In this document: positions 43,544 to 52,568 of the stretch, in pieces
Numbering within the stretch: the first letter of the stretch is position 1
How the letters are laid out: every line of letters starts with the position of its first letter
Assembly (NCBI GenBank): GCA_900543605.1
Contig: UQSK01000001.1
Location: 23,720-87,719 of the forward strand
DNA length: 64,000 nt
Reading direction: 5' to 3'
Source of the DNA: an uncultured Collinsella sp.
GTDB taxonomy: Bacteria; Actinomycetota; Coriobacteriia; Coriobacteriales; Coriobacteriaceae
Position numbers and translations under genes: made by a program
The notes under the pieces: generated by a model
Told to the model about the DNA's origin: nothing
Seen by the model: only the letters and a program-made list of their open reading frames with translations
Databases searched by the model: none

Positions 43544-45427
43544 ATGGGTACCCGCGAGCGACATACTGGCCATGCGGCCGCCCGATCCGCACCCGTGGCG
43601 GATCCCAGGGGTGGCAGGCTTTTCGCCATGCCGCGATTCCTTGTTGGCATAACACATCAGGTGTACCGTCACCGCGTCTTCGCTATCGCCGGCGCCATCA
43701 CCGCGCTGTTCCTCATGCTTTTGGCAGTCTTGCCGGCGCTGTTCGCCTTCGAACCCAAACTTTCTAACGCCGTGCCTGCCTATAGCGAGGTGTCCAAAGA
43801 GGTCGTGGATGCGCTCGTCCATTCGAGCTCTCTCCCGTTGCTTGTCGCCGCAATTGTATTTTCGATTTGGGGCGTATCGGTCTATCTGCGCTGTTTGGAC
43901 TACGTGTTGCGCCGCCGCCTTGTTGCCATCGCCACCATCTGCGCCCTGTGGATGATCGAAGTCATTCTCAAGTACAAGTCGTTCACGCCGTTCTATGCCA
44001 CCGTGCTGTGGTACCTGTACTACGTGCCCATGACGCTCATTCCGCTGCTCTACCAGTTGTGTGGTCTGCGCCTTGCAGGCCTGGAACAACACCGCCTGGG
44101 TCGCCGCTACTGCGCTGCGCTGTGGATTGTGGCCATCCTGCTTATCGGATTTGTGCTCACCAACGATTTTCACCAGCAGGTCTTTCGCTTTGACCGCACA
44201 AGCGACACCTGGAGCAACGATTACACGTACGGCTGGGGTTATTTCGCCGTCCTCGTGTGGACGGCCTTTGACTTCGTGGCCTTTTTTATCCTGGTTGGTC
44301 GGTCCTCATCCTTTCGCATCCAGCGTTTCTCGGGCACGGCGGCGCTCGTACTGCTGGGTGGCGCATTCTTTGCCATTTCGTATGCGTTGCGCGTGCCCTG
44401 GGCATGGAGGCTCAACTTTTCGCTCGTCTATTGCGTCCTGTGCGTGGTGGCGATGGAAATCTGTCTCGATTGCGGTGTCATTCCGTCGTATCACGACATC
44501 GCCGGCATCTTCGACACCTTGCCGCTCGACCTTAAAGTTCTAACGCGCGATCTGCAGGAAGTCTATGCCACGCCGGTGTCAAAGCCAATGCCGGTAGGCG
44601 TGCGCGAGGAGTTGCGGACCCAGGAGCACGGCCGTGCCCATGCCTTTGCCGTGGCGTCCGATCCCGATGTCATGTATCGCACCTTTCCGCTGCTGGGTGG
44701 ATCGGCGCTGCTTGCCCAAGACGTGTCGGAGCTCAACGAGCTTAACCGTGAACTGGCACATCGTCGCATGGAGCTGCAGCGTCAAAACGAGCTGCTCGCC
44801 GCCGACTACGACCTTAAGACGCATTTGGCAGATCAAGAGGCCGAGACCTTGCTGGTCCAAGACGTGGACCAAGCGCTTGCCCGCGCGCTCGAAGGGATGT
44901 ACGACTTGCTGAGCTCGCTGCCGCCGTTGACCGACGAAGCGTCTTCGCACGAGCGTTACCGCATGCTGCAGCGCGCCAAGATGCTCGTCGCCTATTGCAA
45001 GCGCAAGGGGTCGCTCACGTTGGCACAGCACGGGGAGAGCGGTTTTGATCGCGACCGCATTCAGCTCATTGCCAACGAACTCGCAAGCGACCTGCGCACC
45101 ATCGATATCGATTGCGCCTCGATTATCGCCATACGGCGCCCGTTGCACGCCAGTACGGTAAGCGCCCTGTACGACTGCGTGTACGACTTTGCGTTTTTTG
45201 CCTACACCACCGACCATCCGGCGCTTATGTATCACTTGGGCGACCATGACCGATGCAGTGTCGAGCTGCGTGCCACGCTTTTTTCCAACGATGATGAAGA
45301 TCTTTCGCAGACGCCCGCTGCGCAAGAGCTCGAAAGCGCTCTGCAAGGGCGCAACGTGGCATACCGCTTTGAGGGCGAGCCCGGCCAGCTGCGCATGATC
45401 GTCTTGATGCCGAGGGCGGGTGAGTGA
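43544..45427 (+). CDS. polytopic membrane protein with a 7TM sensor-like N-domain, a coiled coil and a degenerate kinase-like C-domain (probable pseudo-histidine kinase)
   Basis: About 8 TM helices are followed by the coiled coil SELNELNRELAHRRMELQRQNELL. The C-terminal ~200 aa have the size of a DHp plus catalytic domain, but I could not find an H-box of the HDxxGQ type or the N/G1/G2 boxes. The start is uncertain (43544 or 43628). The stop overlaps the next kinase gene. Confidence 0.55.
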   Translation: MGTRERHTGHAAARSAPVADPRGGRLFAMPRFLVGITHQVYRHRVFAIAGAITALFLMLLAVLPALFAFEPKLSNAVPAYSEVSKEVVDALVHSSSLPLLVAAIVFSIWGVSVYLRCLDYVLRRRLVAIATICALWMIEVILKYKSFTPFYATVLWYLYYVPMTLIPLLYQLCGLRLAGLEQHRLGRRYCAALWIVAILLIGFVLTNDFHQQVFRFDRTSDTWSNDYTYGWGYFAVLVWTAFDFVAFFILVGRSSSFRIQRFSGTAALVLLGGAFFAISYALRVPWAWRLNFSLVYCVLCVVAMEICLDCGVIPSYHDIAGIFDTLPLDLKVLTRDLQEVYATPVSKPMPVGVREELRTQEHGRAHAFAVASDPDVMYRTFPLLGGSALLAQDVSELNELNRELAHRRMELQRQNELLAADYDLKTHLADQEAETLLVQDVDQALARALEGMYDLLSSLPPLTDEASSHERYRMLQRAKMLVAYCKRKGSLTLAQHGESGFDRDRIQLIANELASDLRTIDIDCASIIAIRRPLHASTVSALYDCVYDFAFFAYTTDHPALMYHLGDHDRCSVELRATLFSNDDEDLSQTPAAQELESALQGRNVAYRFEGEPGQLRMIVLMPRAGE

Positions 45428-46923
45428 CGATGCAGATTTCGCTCATCCTTCCCCAAATTGTTGCGCTCGATGTTGTCTTTGCCCTGGCTGCGTGTCTGCA
45501 GACGATCCACGTCCCGCTCATCGCATCGCGCCGCTCGTCCTATAACCGTAAGGTGATTTGCGCCTACGAGGCGAGCCTTGTGCTTCACCTAGTTATTTCG
45601 GCGCTCATCTTATTCGCGTCGTCTGGCTCGTATCTGGTGGCGTCGCTTGACGTTTGTGCCAGGGCAATGGGCGGAGCGCTTTGGATCAATGCCGCAATCT
45701 TTGCCTACGGCGTGGTGCTTATGGTGCACTATCGTCGCCCCGTCATGCTGGCCGAACTGTTGCTCGTTGTTGCCGTTACACCGCCGGTGGTTTTTGCCAT
45801 GGGCTCGGCGTGGACCGTTGTCCTTATCGCAGAGGGAGCGTTCTTCCTGTTCCGCTCCATTGCGGCGCTCTTGATGGATGTCCGCAACCGCCAGGAGGAT
45901 ATCACCGCGTTCTCGACGATCGAAACCATCAACGTGATTCCCGTGGGCATCCTGTATCTGGACCCGAGGGGCCGTCCGCTGCTCATGAACCGCTGCATGC
46001 GAAAAAACCTGGTGGAGCTTCATATGCCCACCGACCTAGGCGATATGAGCGGAACATGGAACGACCTGCGCAAACTCAGCATGCAAATGCCCGAAAGCAG
46101 CCAGAACCGCGTGCGTATTAGCCTGGACCGCTTTGGTGAGGCGCGCGTTGTGGTCGAGGTTTCTCCCGCCGAGATTCGCTTGTTTGTGCACGATGACGTT
46201 ATGGTTTCGGGCCGCCTCTTTGAACGCATTATCGGCCTGGATGTAACAGAGTATGCGCATGCTCATGATCGCCTGGCGCAAGCCAACCACCTGCTTGAGC
46301 TTGCGGGCCAAGAGCTCCAAGCCCAGATCGAAGAAGTCAAAAAAGTTGCTGACAATGCGGCCTATCTGCGTATGCGCGTTCGCGTGCACGACGTGATCGG
46401 GCAGCGTCTGTCCATCCTCCATCGTTATCTGGAGGAGGGGCGCCTGGATGACGAGTCACTCGAGCAGATCGACCCGCTGCTGCGCTCAATCGCTGCCGAT
46501 CTGCGCAGCGGGGGCGACACCGAACCGGCAGAGCAACTGGGCGATATCGTCCATGCCTTTGGCCTGGTGAGCGTGCAGATCGATGTGGAGGGCGAGCTGC
46601 CAAGCGACGCACGTGTCGCCGCAGCCTTTCTGCAGATTATCCGCGAAGCCTCGACCAATGCCACCAAGCATGCACAGGCCCATCAGGTCCATGTGCGCCT
46701 GCGGCAGGAGACGTCGGAAGACGGTGCTGTTGCGCGGATGACCGTTTCTAACGACGGCGCGCCTGCGCCCGTATCGTATCGCGAGGGAACGGGTATCCCA
46801 GGTATGAGGCATGTCGCACAGGATCTGGGCGGCAGCCTGGAAGTCCACACCGCCCCGCCCTTCACGCTTGCGGTGTCCATCCCGCTCGCCTCCAGCGCCA
46901 CGGTCCAAAGGAGAAGTTCATGA
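45424..46923 (+). CDS. sensor histidine kinase (HisKA_3 type) with a multi-TM N-terminal domain
   Basis: About 5 TM helices are present. The H-box is RVRVHDVIGQRLS. The HATPase part contains REASTNATKHAQA ... SNDGAP ... GTGIPGMRHV. The start is GTG 45424 or ATG 45430. Confidence 0.85.
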   Translation: MTMQISLILPQIVALDVVFALAACLQTIHVPLIASRRSSYNRKVICAYEASLVLHLVISALILFASSGSYLVASLDVCARAMGGALWINAAIFAYGVVLMVHYRRPVMLAELLLVVAVTPPVVFAMGSAWTVVLIAEGAFFLFRSIAALLMDVRNRQEDITAFSTIETINVIPVGILYLDPRGRPLLMNRCMRKNLVELHMPTDLGDMSGTWNDLRKLSMQMPESSQNRVRISLDRFGEARVVVEVSPAEIRLFVHDDVMVSGRLFERIIGLDVTEYAHAHDRLAQANHLLELAGQELQAQIEEVKKVADNAAYLRMRVRVHDVIGQRLSILHRYLEEGRLDDESLEQIDPLLRSIAADLRSGGDTEPAEQLGDIVHAFGLVSVQIDVEGELPSDARVAAAFLQIIREASTNATKHAQAHQVHVRLRQETSEDGAVARMTVSNDGAPAPVSYREGTGIPGMRHVAQDLGGSLEVHTAPPFTLAVSIPLASSATVQRRSS

Positions 46924-47540
46924 TCCGCGTCCTTATAGTCGAAGACCAGGCCATCCTGCGTGAGAGCCTGGCGCGCTCCGTTGGCGACCAGCCCGACATG
47001 ACGGTTGTTGCCGCGATCGCCGACGCCTCGGATGCCTTGGACGTTGTGCTTAAGGAGCGTCCGGACATGATACTGATGGATGTGTGCACCGAGCACGATT
47101 CCAACGGTATCGTGGCGGCGGCGCGTATTAAAGAGGAGCTGCCCGAGTGCCGCGTCATTATCATGACGGGTATGCCCGAAATCACCTTTGTGGACCAGGC
47201 GCGCGAGGCGGGCGTCGACAGCTTTGTGTACAAGAACGTCGGTATCGACGAGCTGTTCGCCGTGATGCGCTCCACGCTGGCGGGTTACTGCACGTTTCCC
47301 AAGCCGCCCGAGAGCATCTTCTCGGGCACGGCGGCCCTCGACGATGTCGAGTTGTCGATCTTGCGCCTTGCCTGCGAGGGTAAAAGCCGCCGCGAGATCG
47401 CGGCCGAGCTGTTTATGAGCGAGGGCACCATCAAACGCCGCATCTCGGAGATTCTCAATAAGACCGGCTACGACAACATCATGCGCTTGGCCGTGCGCGC
47501 GGTAACGGAGGGCAGCATCGTTCCCAACATGGAGCGCTAG
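46920..47540 (+). CDS. NarL/LuxR-family response regulator
   Basis: The receiver is MIRVLIVEDQ...DMILMDV...K. The GerE HTH is LSILRLACEGKSRREIAAELFMSEGTIKRRISEILNKTG. The gene overlaps the kinase stop. Confidence 0.9.
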   Translation: MIRVLIVEDQAILRESLARSVGDQPDMTVVAAIADASDALDVVLKERPDMILMDVCTEHDSNGIVAAARIKEELPECRVIIMTGMPEITFVDQAREAGVDSFVYKNVGIDELFAVMRSTLAGYCTFPKPPESIFSGTAALDDVELSILRLACEGKSRREIAAELFMSEGTIKRRISEILNKTGYDNIMRLAVRAVTEGSIVPNMER

Positions 47541-47567
47541 CGCTCGTTACGCATCGGCATAAAGCGG

Positions 47568-47598
47568 CGGGGCCGCAGGATCAACTCCTGCGGCCCCG
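47568..47598. terminator. bidirectional hairpin between convergent genes
   Basis: CGGGGCCGCAGGA-TCAA-CTCCTGCGGCCCCG. Confidence 0.55.
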
Positions 47599-47650
47599 TC
47601 TGGCATGTGCGCGGATATGTCCGCCAATCCGCGGCTATCGGTGTCTGCCG

Positions 47651-48493
47651 TTACGCGATGGTTGCGCTGTAGGAGGCGACGTCCTCGTAGGAATCGGTCA
47701 GGTAGGCATCGATGCCGATGGTCGTGTTGACCAGGCTGTCGAAGCTGTCAAGCGTGCCCTTCGAGAAGGTGAACTCTTCGGTGGCGTTGGTGCCGGGCAT
47801 CAGGTGAGCTGAGAACCAGGCTTCCTTCATGGTGCCGTTGACGTTGGTCTTGCCGGTGGGGGCGTAGAAGGTCAGGTCCTTGTCGCTCTTGTTGGTGATG
47901 TTGACGACAAAGCCGATGTCGCCCCAGTCGTCCTGGAACTTCTCGGTGATGGTGATGGTGCAGAGGTCGTCATCGGCGACGGTGACGGCGGGGGAGATTT
48001 CGACGCTCTGGACATCGCCGTCTTCGACGGCCTCATCGATCTCATCTTCCTTCTCGGCCGCCTCGCGATCCTTCTTCACCGTACCGGACAGGTCCTTGTC
48101 GGACTTGGTAAAGACAAGATTGCCGTCATCTTCTTCGAGGATGAGTTTTCCGTCTTTGAGCTTCATATCATGCGACTCGTCTTCGGCGGTGATGGTTACG
48201 GTGGCGGCGTCCTTTGCCTCCCATTTAAGGTCGACGACTTCAAGGAACAGGTCGAGGGCGCCTGTACCGTCCTCATCGAGAATCAGGACGCAGTGGACAC
48301 CCCAATCCTCGAGCATCTTCATGTACTCATCGGTCAGCTCTTCGCCCTCCAGGGTTCCACCCGAGAGTTCCCAGCTGCCGACGAAGTTGGCCTTGGGGTC
48401 CTTGCCGCCGCCGCTGCAGCCCGTCAGGGCAAAGGCGAGCGCCAAGATACATGTCAGAAATGCGAGTACGGACTTTTTGAACGTTGTCTTCAT
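47651..48493 (-). CDS. lipoprotein of unknown function
   Basis: The signal peptide carries the lipobox LALAFALTGCSGG. The mature protein is acidic. RBS AAGGAGG is present. Confidence 0.7.
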   Translation of the reverse strand: MKTTFKKSVLAFLTCILALAFALTGCSGGGKDPKANFVGSWELSGGTLEGEELTDEYMKMLEDWGVHCVLILDEDGTGALDLFLEVVDLKWEAKDAATVTITAEDESHDMKLKDGKLILEEDDGNLVFTKSDKDLSGTVKKDREAAEKEDEIDEAVEDGDVQSVEISPAVTVADDDLCTITITEKFQDDWGDIGFVVNITNKSDKDLTFYAPTGKTNVNGTMKEAWFSAHLMPGTNATEEFTFSKGTLDSFDSLVNTTIGIDAYLTDSYEDVASYSATIA

Positions 48494-48573
48494 GGTGTCC
48501 TCCTTTATCGAACGAAACCCATAGAAGCAAATGCGGGGGTGGCGGACCTCCCCGCCAATTACCAGATAGGGGG

Positions 48574-49815
48574 CTAGGGCCTGGGCGTTCCGCAGTTGCT
48601 GCAGAACTTGCCGCCGTTTTCGTTACCGCAGTTGGGGCAGAACCACTTGGCCGGTGCCGGGGCGGGTGCGGGACTACCGCACTCGGAGCAGAACTTGCCG
48701 GTGTTGGTGGCGCCGCAGCTGCAAGTCCACGTGCCGGCCGCGGGTGCGGCGGCGGGGGCCGGTGCGGGAGCGGGCGCCGGAGCCGGCTGCGGGGCGGCCT
48801 GCTGCTGTGCCTGGCCGGCGGCGAACAGCTGGCTGGCATTCATGCCGCCCATGCCACCTGCCATGCCCATGCCCATAAAGCCAGCCATTGCGCCGTTGGG
48901 GTTAGCGGCCGCCGCGCGCATCGCGTCGCTCTGGGCGCTGGCAATGTTGGCTGCCGCCATGGTGGGATCGCGCATGACCGCGGCCTTCTGCAGGTCCTTG
49001 ATCATCTGCTCGTCTTCTTGCGAGGCGGCGATGGAGTTGACGCCAAAGCTTACGATCTCGACGCCGCGCAGGTCACGCCAGTCGGCAGAGAGGACCTCGT
49101 TGAGCGCGCGGGCGAGCTCGGTGGTGTGGCCGGGGATGGCGCTGTAGCGGATGCCCATCTCCGAGATCTTGGCAAAGGCGGGCTGCAGGGCGGTGAGCAG
49201 CTCGGACTTAAGCTGGCTGTCGATCTTGTCGCGCGTGTAGCTATCGGTCACGTTGCCGCATACGTTGGTGTAGAACAGCAGCGGGTTGGTGATGCGGTAC
49301 GAATACTCGCCGTTGCAGCGCACGGAGATGTCGACGTCCAGGCCAATGTTGTTATCGACCACGCGGAAGGGCACGGGCGAGGCAGTGCCGTACTTGTTGC
49401 CGATGATCTCCTTGGTGTTGATGAAGTAGACGCGCTGGTCCTTGCCCGCGTCGCCGCCAAAGGTAAAGCGGCTGCCGATATTGGCGAAGGTCTCCTTGAT
49501 GGAATCGCCCAGGTTGCCGCTAAAGACGCTCGGCTCGCTGCCGGTGTCAAAGACGAACTCACCGGGCTCCAGCGCGACTTCGATGATCTTGCCGTTTTGC
49601 ACCACGAGCATGCCCTGGCCGTCGTTGACGGCGATGACGGAGCCGTTGGAGATGACGTTGTCCTCGCCGCGCGTGTTGGAGCTGCGGCCACCGGTACGTT
49701 TGCTGCCCTTGCAGGCCAAGACGTCGGCAGGCATCGATTCGCAGTAGATAAATTCCTTCCACTGGTCGGCCATGACGCCGCCGGCAGCTCCCAATCCAGC
49801 TTTCAAGAGTCCCAT
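48574..49815 (-). CDS. SPFH/Band-7-like protein of the YdjI type with a C-terminal double zinc ribbon
   Basis: The N-terminus MGLLKAGLGAAGGVMADQWKEFIYCESM and the ~300-aa core resemble the YdjI (virion-core-like SPFH) family. A Gly/Met and Pro/Ala linker follows. Two zinc ribbons are present (CSCGATNTGKFCSECG and CPNCGNENGGKFCSNCG). Confidence 0.75.
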   Translation of the reverse strand: MGLLKAGLGAAGGVMADQWKEFIYCESMPADVLACKGSKRTGGRSSNTRGEDNVISNGSVIAVNDGQGMLVVQNGKIIEVALEPGEFVFDTGSEPSVFSGNLGDSIKETFANIGSRFTFGGDAGKDQRVYFINTKEIIGNKYGTASPVPFRVVDNNIGLDVDISVRCNGEYSYRITNPLLFYTNVCGNVTDSYTRDKIDSQLKSELLTALQPAFAKISEMGIRYSAIPGHTTELARALNEVLSADWRDLRGVEIVSFGVNSIAASQEDEQMIKDLQKAAVMRDPTMAAANIASAQSDAMRAAAANPNGAMAGFMGMGMAGGMGGMNASQLFAAGQAQQQAAPQPAPAPAPAPAPAAAPAAGTWTCSCGATNTGKFCSECGSPAPAPAPAKWFCPNCGNENGGKFCSNCGTPRP

Positions 49816-49863
49816 GGTGATCTTCCTTTCTCGTCAAAGGCCGGGTGGTATTGGTTGGATTGC

Positions 49864-51186
49864 TTAGTCGTCCTTGTCGTCTTTCATGACAACGGTGGTC
49901 TCGGTGTGGCTGAAGGTGTCGTGCTTCTCGGTCAGGTTGAGCTCGCCACAATACTCATCGGCATGGGTTGCTTCGTTGGCCGTCTTGAGCTGGCCTACCA
50001 GCAGCACGTCTCCGATGATTACGATGATCAGCGGCGCAATGATGTTGATGAGGATGCCCTCGATATCAAAGGTGAGGTAATCCGGATCGAAGGCGTATTC
50101 CCCCATAAAGAGAATCTGGGAGAGGATAAATCCGATCACAAAGAACAGCACCGAGGCGATGGCGAGCTTGGGCTTGGAGCAGGGGAGCTCGCCGACCAAG
50201 CGGCCGGTCTGGCCGTTCATGGCAAACAGGTAGCTCTTGCCGTTCCACGAGGTGGAGAGCATCCAGACGGGGAACAGGGCGTAGTCGCTGTCTTCCCAGG
50301 TGTAGTCGAGCTGCTTGCTTTCGACCGTGGCATCGTCGTATTCGTCGACGACGGTCTCGCGCAGGGCCGAGATCGTGCTTTCTTCCATACGGCGCTCGGC
50401 GCGCGCCTTGCAGGTCTCGCAGTCCTCGTCGTAACGGTTGGCGATGTAGCCGGGCATATATGCGACCGAGAACGGGCGCAGCGCGTCGTAGTCAAACGGC
50501 TCGATGGCATCCATGTGGCCGTCGGGCATCTTGGACGATCCGTCGACGGGCACGCGCTTAAACGAGATATTGCCCTTGCGATAGGCATCGTAGTGGTCGG
50601 TGGTCGTGACGGTGCGGTCGGATTCCTCGGTCACGGTCTCGTTGGTCGCGTCAAAGTACACTTCGCCGTCAACGCGGGCGCCGTAGAGCCAAAACGGCAC
50701 GTAGACACCTTGGACCTCGTCGATGTGGTTGCCGGTGACAAAGCTCTTGGGCAGCAAGATCTTGCCCTTGTAGTGTTCCTTGAGTGCGGCCGTGACGTCA
50801 TCGCGCCCGAGCTTAAACGGAATTACTAGGTCGGGCGAGAAGTCGCCCGAGAGCTGGCCGGGCGCCACGGCGGAGTTGCCGCAGTACGGGCAGGTGGTGA
50901 CGGCGACGGTGCCGTCGGACACGAGCTCGGCGCCGCACGACGAGCAGATGTAGCCGGCGTTTTGGGCGAGCTCCTGCACCGCGTCGTCGGCGACGGGCTT
51001 GGGCGTTGCGGCTGCCGCATCGGCTTTGGCGTCGGCCTTGTCCTGGCGCTCGCGATAGAGGGCCTCGACTTCTTCGACTTCAAAGCGCGAGTCACAGTAG
51101 TCGCAGACGAGCTTTTGCTCGGCACTGGCAAAGTGAAGGGGGCCGCCACACGCGGGGCATTGATAGTTGACGCTCTCGAAGGCCAT
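49864..51186 (-). CDS. double zinc-ribbon membrane protein (YdjG-like)
   Basis: The N-terminal CPACGG...CDYC and CSSCGA...CPYCGN ribbons are followed by a ~250-aa soluble domain and two C-terminal TM helices. Confidence 0.65.
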   Translation of the reverse strand: MAFESVNYQCPACGGPLHFASAEQKLVCDYCDSRFEVEEVEALYRERQDKADAKADAAAATPKPVADDAVQELAQNAGYICSSCGAELVSDGTVAVTTCPYCGNSAVAPGQLSGDFSPDLVIPFKLGRDDVTAALKEHYKGKILLPKSFVTGNHIDEVQGVYVPFWLYGARVDGEVYFDATNETVTEESDRTVTTTDHYDAYRKGNISFKRVPVDGSSKMPDGHMDAIEPFDYDALRPFSVAYMPGYIANRYDEDCETCKARAERRMEESTISALRETVVDEYDDATVESKQLDYTWEDSDYALFPVWMLSTSWNGKSYLFAMNGQTGRLVGELPCSKPKLAIASVLFFVIGFILSQILFMGEYAFDPDYLTFDIEGILINIIAPLIIVIIGDVLLVGQLKTANEATHADEYCGELNLTEKHDTFSHTETTVVMKDDKDD

Positions 51187-51210
51187 GATCGGTCCTTTCG
51201 CTGCCGGAGG

Positions 51211-51948
51211 CTATGCGCCGATGGCGCCGCCGCAGTATTCGCAGCGCCCGCTGGCATCGGGAATGGTGGTGGCTCCGCAGAAGGGGCAGGTGACCGCGGT
51301 CTTGGGGGCCTTGGCGGCCACGACGCTGTCGCGCGTCTCCTGGCGCAGCTGCACCAGCGCGTCGCGGACCTCGGTTGCCTGGCGCTTGGCCTCGCGGTAT
51401 TCGATGGAGCCGCGCTGATCGATGGTGGAGTCGTTCACGCGCAGGTTGATCTCGGTAAAGTACGGCGTGTTGACGTGAATGGTCAGGTTAAAGTCGTAAT
51501 CCAGGTCATAGCGCGGCGGATTGTAGCTCTCGCGCTCGCCGTCCTTGGTCTCGCGATAGATCTCGGTGCGATGCTCGTCGATATCCATATCGCAGCCGAG
51601 TACCTGCGAGAACTCGATGATGTCGGGATTGGCGTCGCGCCAGCGGCTCTGCGAAGTGATGATCAACAGGCCCGCGTCCTCATCGAGCATAATATTGGTG
51701 CGCCCGGCAGAAAGCGTGCGCGTGGGGTTGAACGAGGCCAGGCGCTCGGCGTTGGCCTCGCGGTAGGCGAGTTGCTCGCGGATGTCGTCCGCGGTGCTGG
51801 AGCGATAGCCGTGAAAGTAGGGGGAGAGCTTGCCGGCGCACTCTTTGCACAGGTAGCCTTCATTGATTTTTGTCTTACCTAGAAGTCCCAGCTCGGTACC
51901 GCAAATCGCACACTCTTTCTTCTCGAACATCTTGTCAAAGAAGCCCAT
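51211..51948 (-). CDS. DUF4428-like zinc-ribbon protein
   Basis: The N-terminus reads MGFFDKMFEKKECAICGTELGLLGKTKINEGYLCKECAGKL. The C-terminal ribbon is CPFCGATTIPDASGRCEYCGG. The family name is recalled from memory. Confidence 0.6.
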   Translation of the reverse strand: MGFFDKMFEKKECAICGTELGLLGKTKINEGYLCKECAGKLSPYFHGYRSSTADDIREQLAYREANAERLASFNPTRTLSAGRTNIMLDEDAGLLIITSQSRWRDANPDIIEFSQVLGCDMDIDEHRTEIYRETKDGERESYNPPRYDLDYDFNLTIHVNTPYFTEINLRVNDSTIDQRGSIEYREAKRQATEVRDALVQLRQETRDSVVAAKAPKTAVTCPFCGATTIPDASGRCEYCGGAIGA

Positions 51949-52092
51949 GGTTGCCTCCCATCAACTGGTAGCGTGTGTCACTTTTGATGATGGGGGAGTG
52001 CGCGATCCTTCGCGATACCCAGACGGCTCAAGGAGTCTCCACAACTGGGACACATGGCCCATTTTTGATTGGATGCCGGGGACACTCTTCGG

Positions 52093-52138
52093 CCACTCAT
52101 TGGGTGTACTTAAATGAGTGGTGCTTAAATGAGTGGTG
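52093..52138 (+). repeat. variant REP-like unit plus a 15-nt tandem duplication (CTTAAATGAGTGGTG x2)
   Basis: CCACTCATTGGGTGTACTTAAATGAGTGG has the same TCATTGGG...CTTAAATGA architecture as the main family. It is followed by a second CTTAAATGAGTGGTG that overlaps the GTG start of the next ORF. Confidence 0.65.
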
Positions 52139-52387
52139 GAGGCAGCGGAGCTCACGTCCGATGAACGCCTCGATGCTTTCGTCGCCACCTTTGGGCTTAC
52201 AGAGCGCGAGCGCGATATTCTTGAGGTCTTGGTCGTTTCGGACCAGAGCGTTCAGGACATCGCCACAACGCTCTTCCTTTCGCGCTCCACGCTCTATCGC
52301 CACATTTCCTCGATCAACAAAAAAGCCGGTACCGCCTCGCGCGTGGCCCTTATCAACTTCTTCTGGTCCTGGACACCCAAGGACTAG
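52133..52387 (+). CDS. small stand-alone LuxR/GerE-type HTH protein
   Basis: LTERERDILEVLVVSDQSVQDIATTLFLSRSTLYRHISSINKKAG is a GerE-type HTH. The start is GTG and uncertain. Confidence 0.6.
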   Translation: MVEAAELTSDERLDAFVATFGLTERERDILEVLVVSDQSVQDIATTLFLSRSTLYRHISSINKKAGTASRVALINFFWSWTPKD

Positions 52388-52404
52388 CTAATCCTCCAAT
52401 AAGT

Positions 52405-52470
52405 TGCGGTGGAATAGTCCCTAAATTAAAGTCACGGGGCTTTAAACAGGAACTATTCCACCGCAACTGC
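52405..52470. terminator. long bidirectional hairpin between the luxR-like gene and mgtA
   Basis: AGTTGCGGTGGAATAGTCC-N27-GGAACTATTCCACCGCAACT. Confidence 0.6.
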
Positions 52471-52568
52471 TGGGGGGATAGACTGCGGCGGCGGCAGAGG
52501 CAACGGCAGCGGCGTCGGCAGCTGTGGTAGCGGTAACGGCAGCTGGCAGGGTGTTTTCCGTCTACTTG

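Noticed and set aside
48484-50829. 781-aa plus-strand ORF opposite the SPFH and zinc-ribbon genes
   Set aside because: It is an antisense shadow ORF. The minus-strand genes have RBSs, zinc-ribbon and SPFH motifs. The plus-strand product is Gly/Ala/Arg low-complexity.
52487-52550. GGC/AGC-rich triplet-like repeat downstream of mgtA as a coding remnant
   Set aside because: It lies after the mgtA stop, has no supporting ORF with a start or RBS, and the overlapping predicted ORFs are shadow-type. It is treated as low-complexity 3' sequence.
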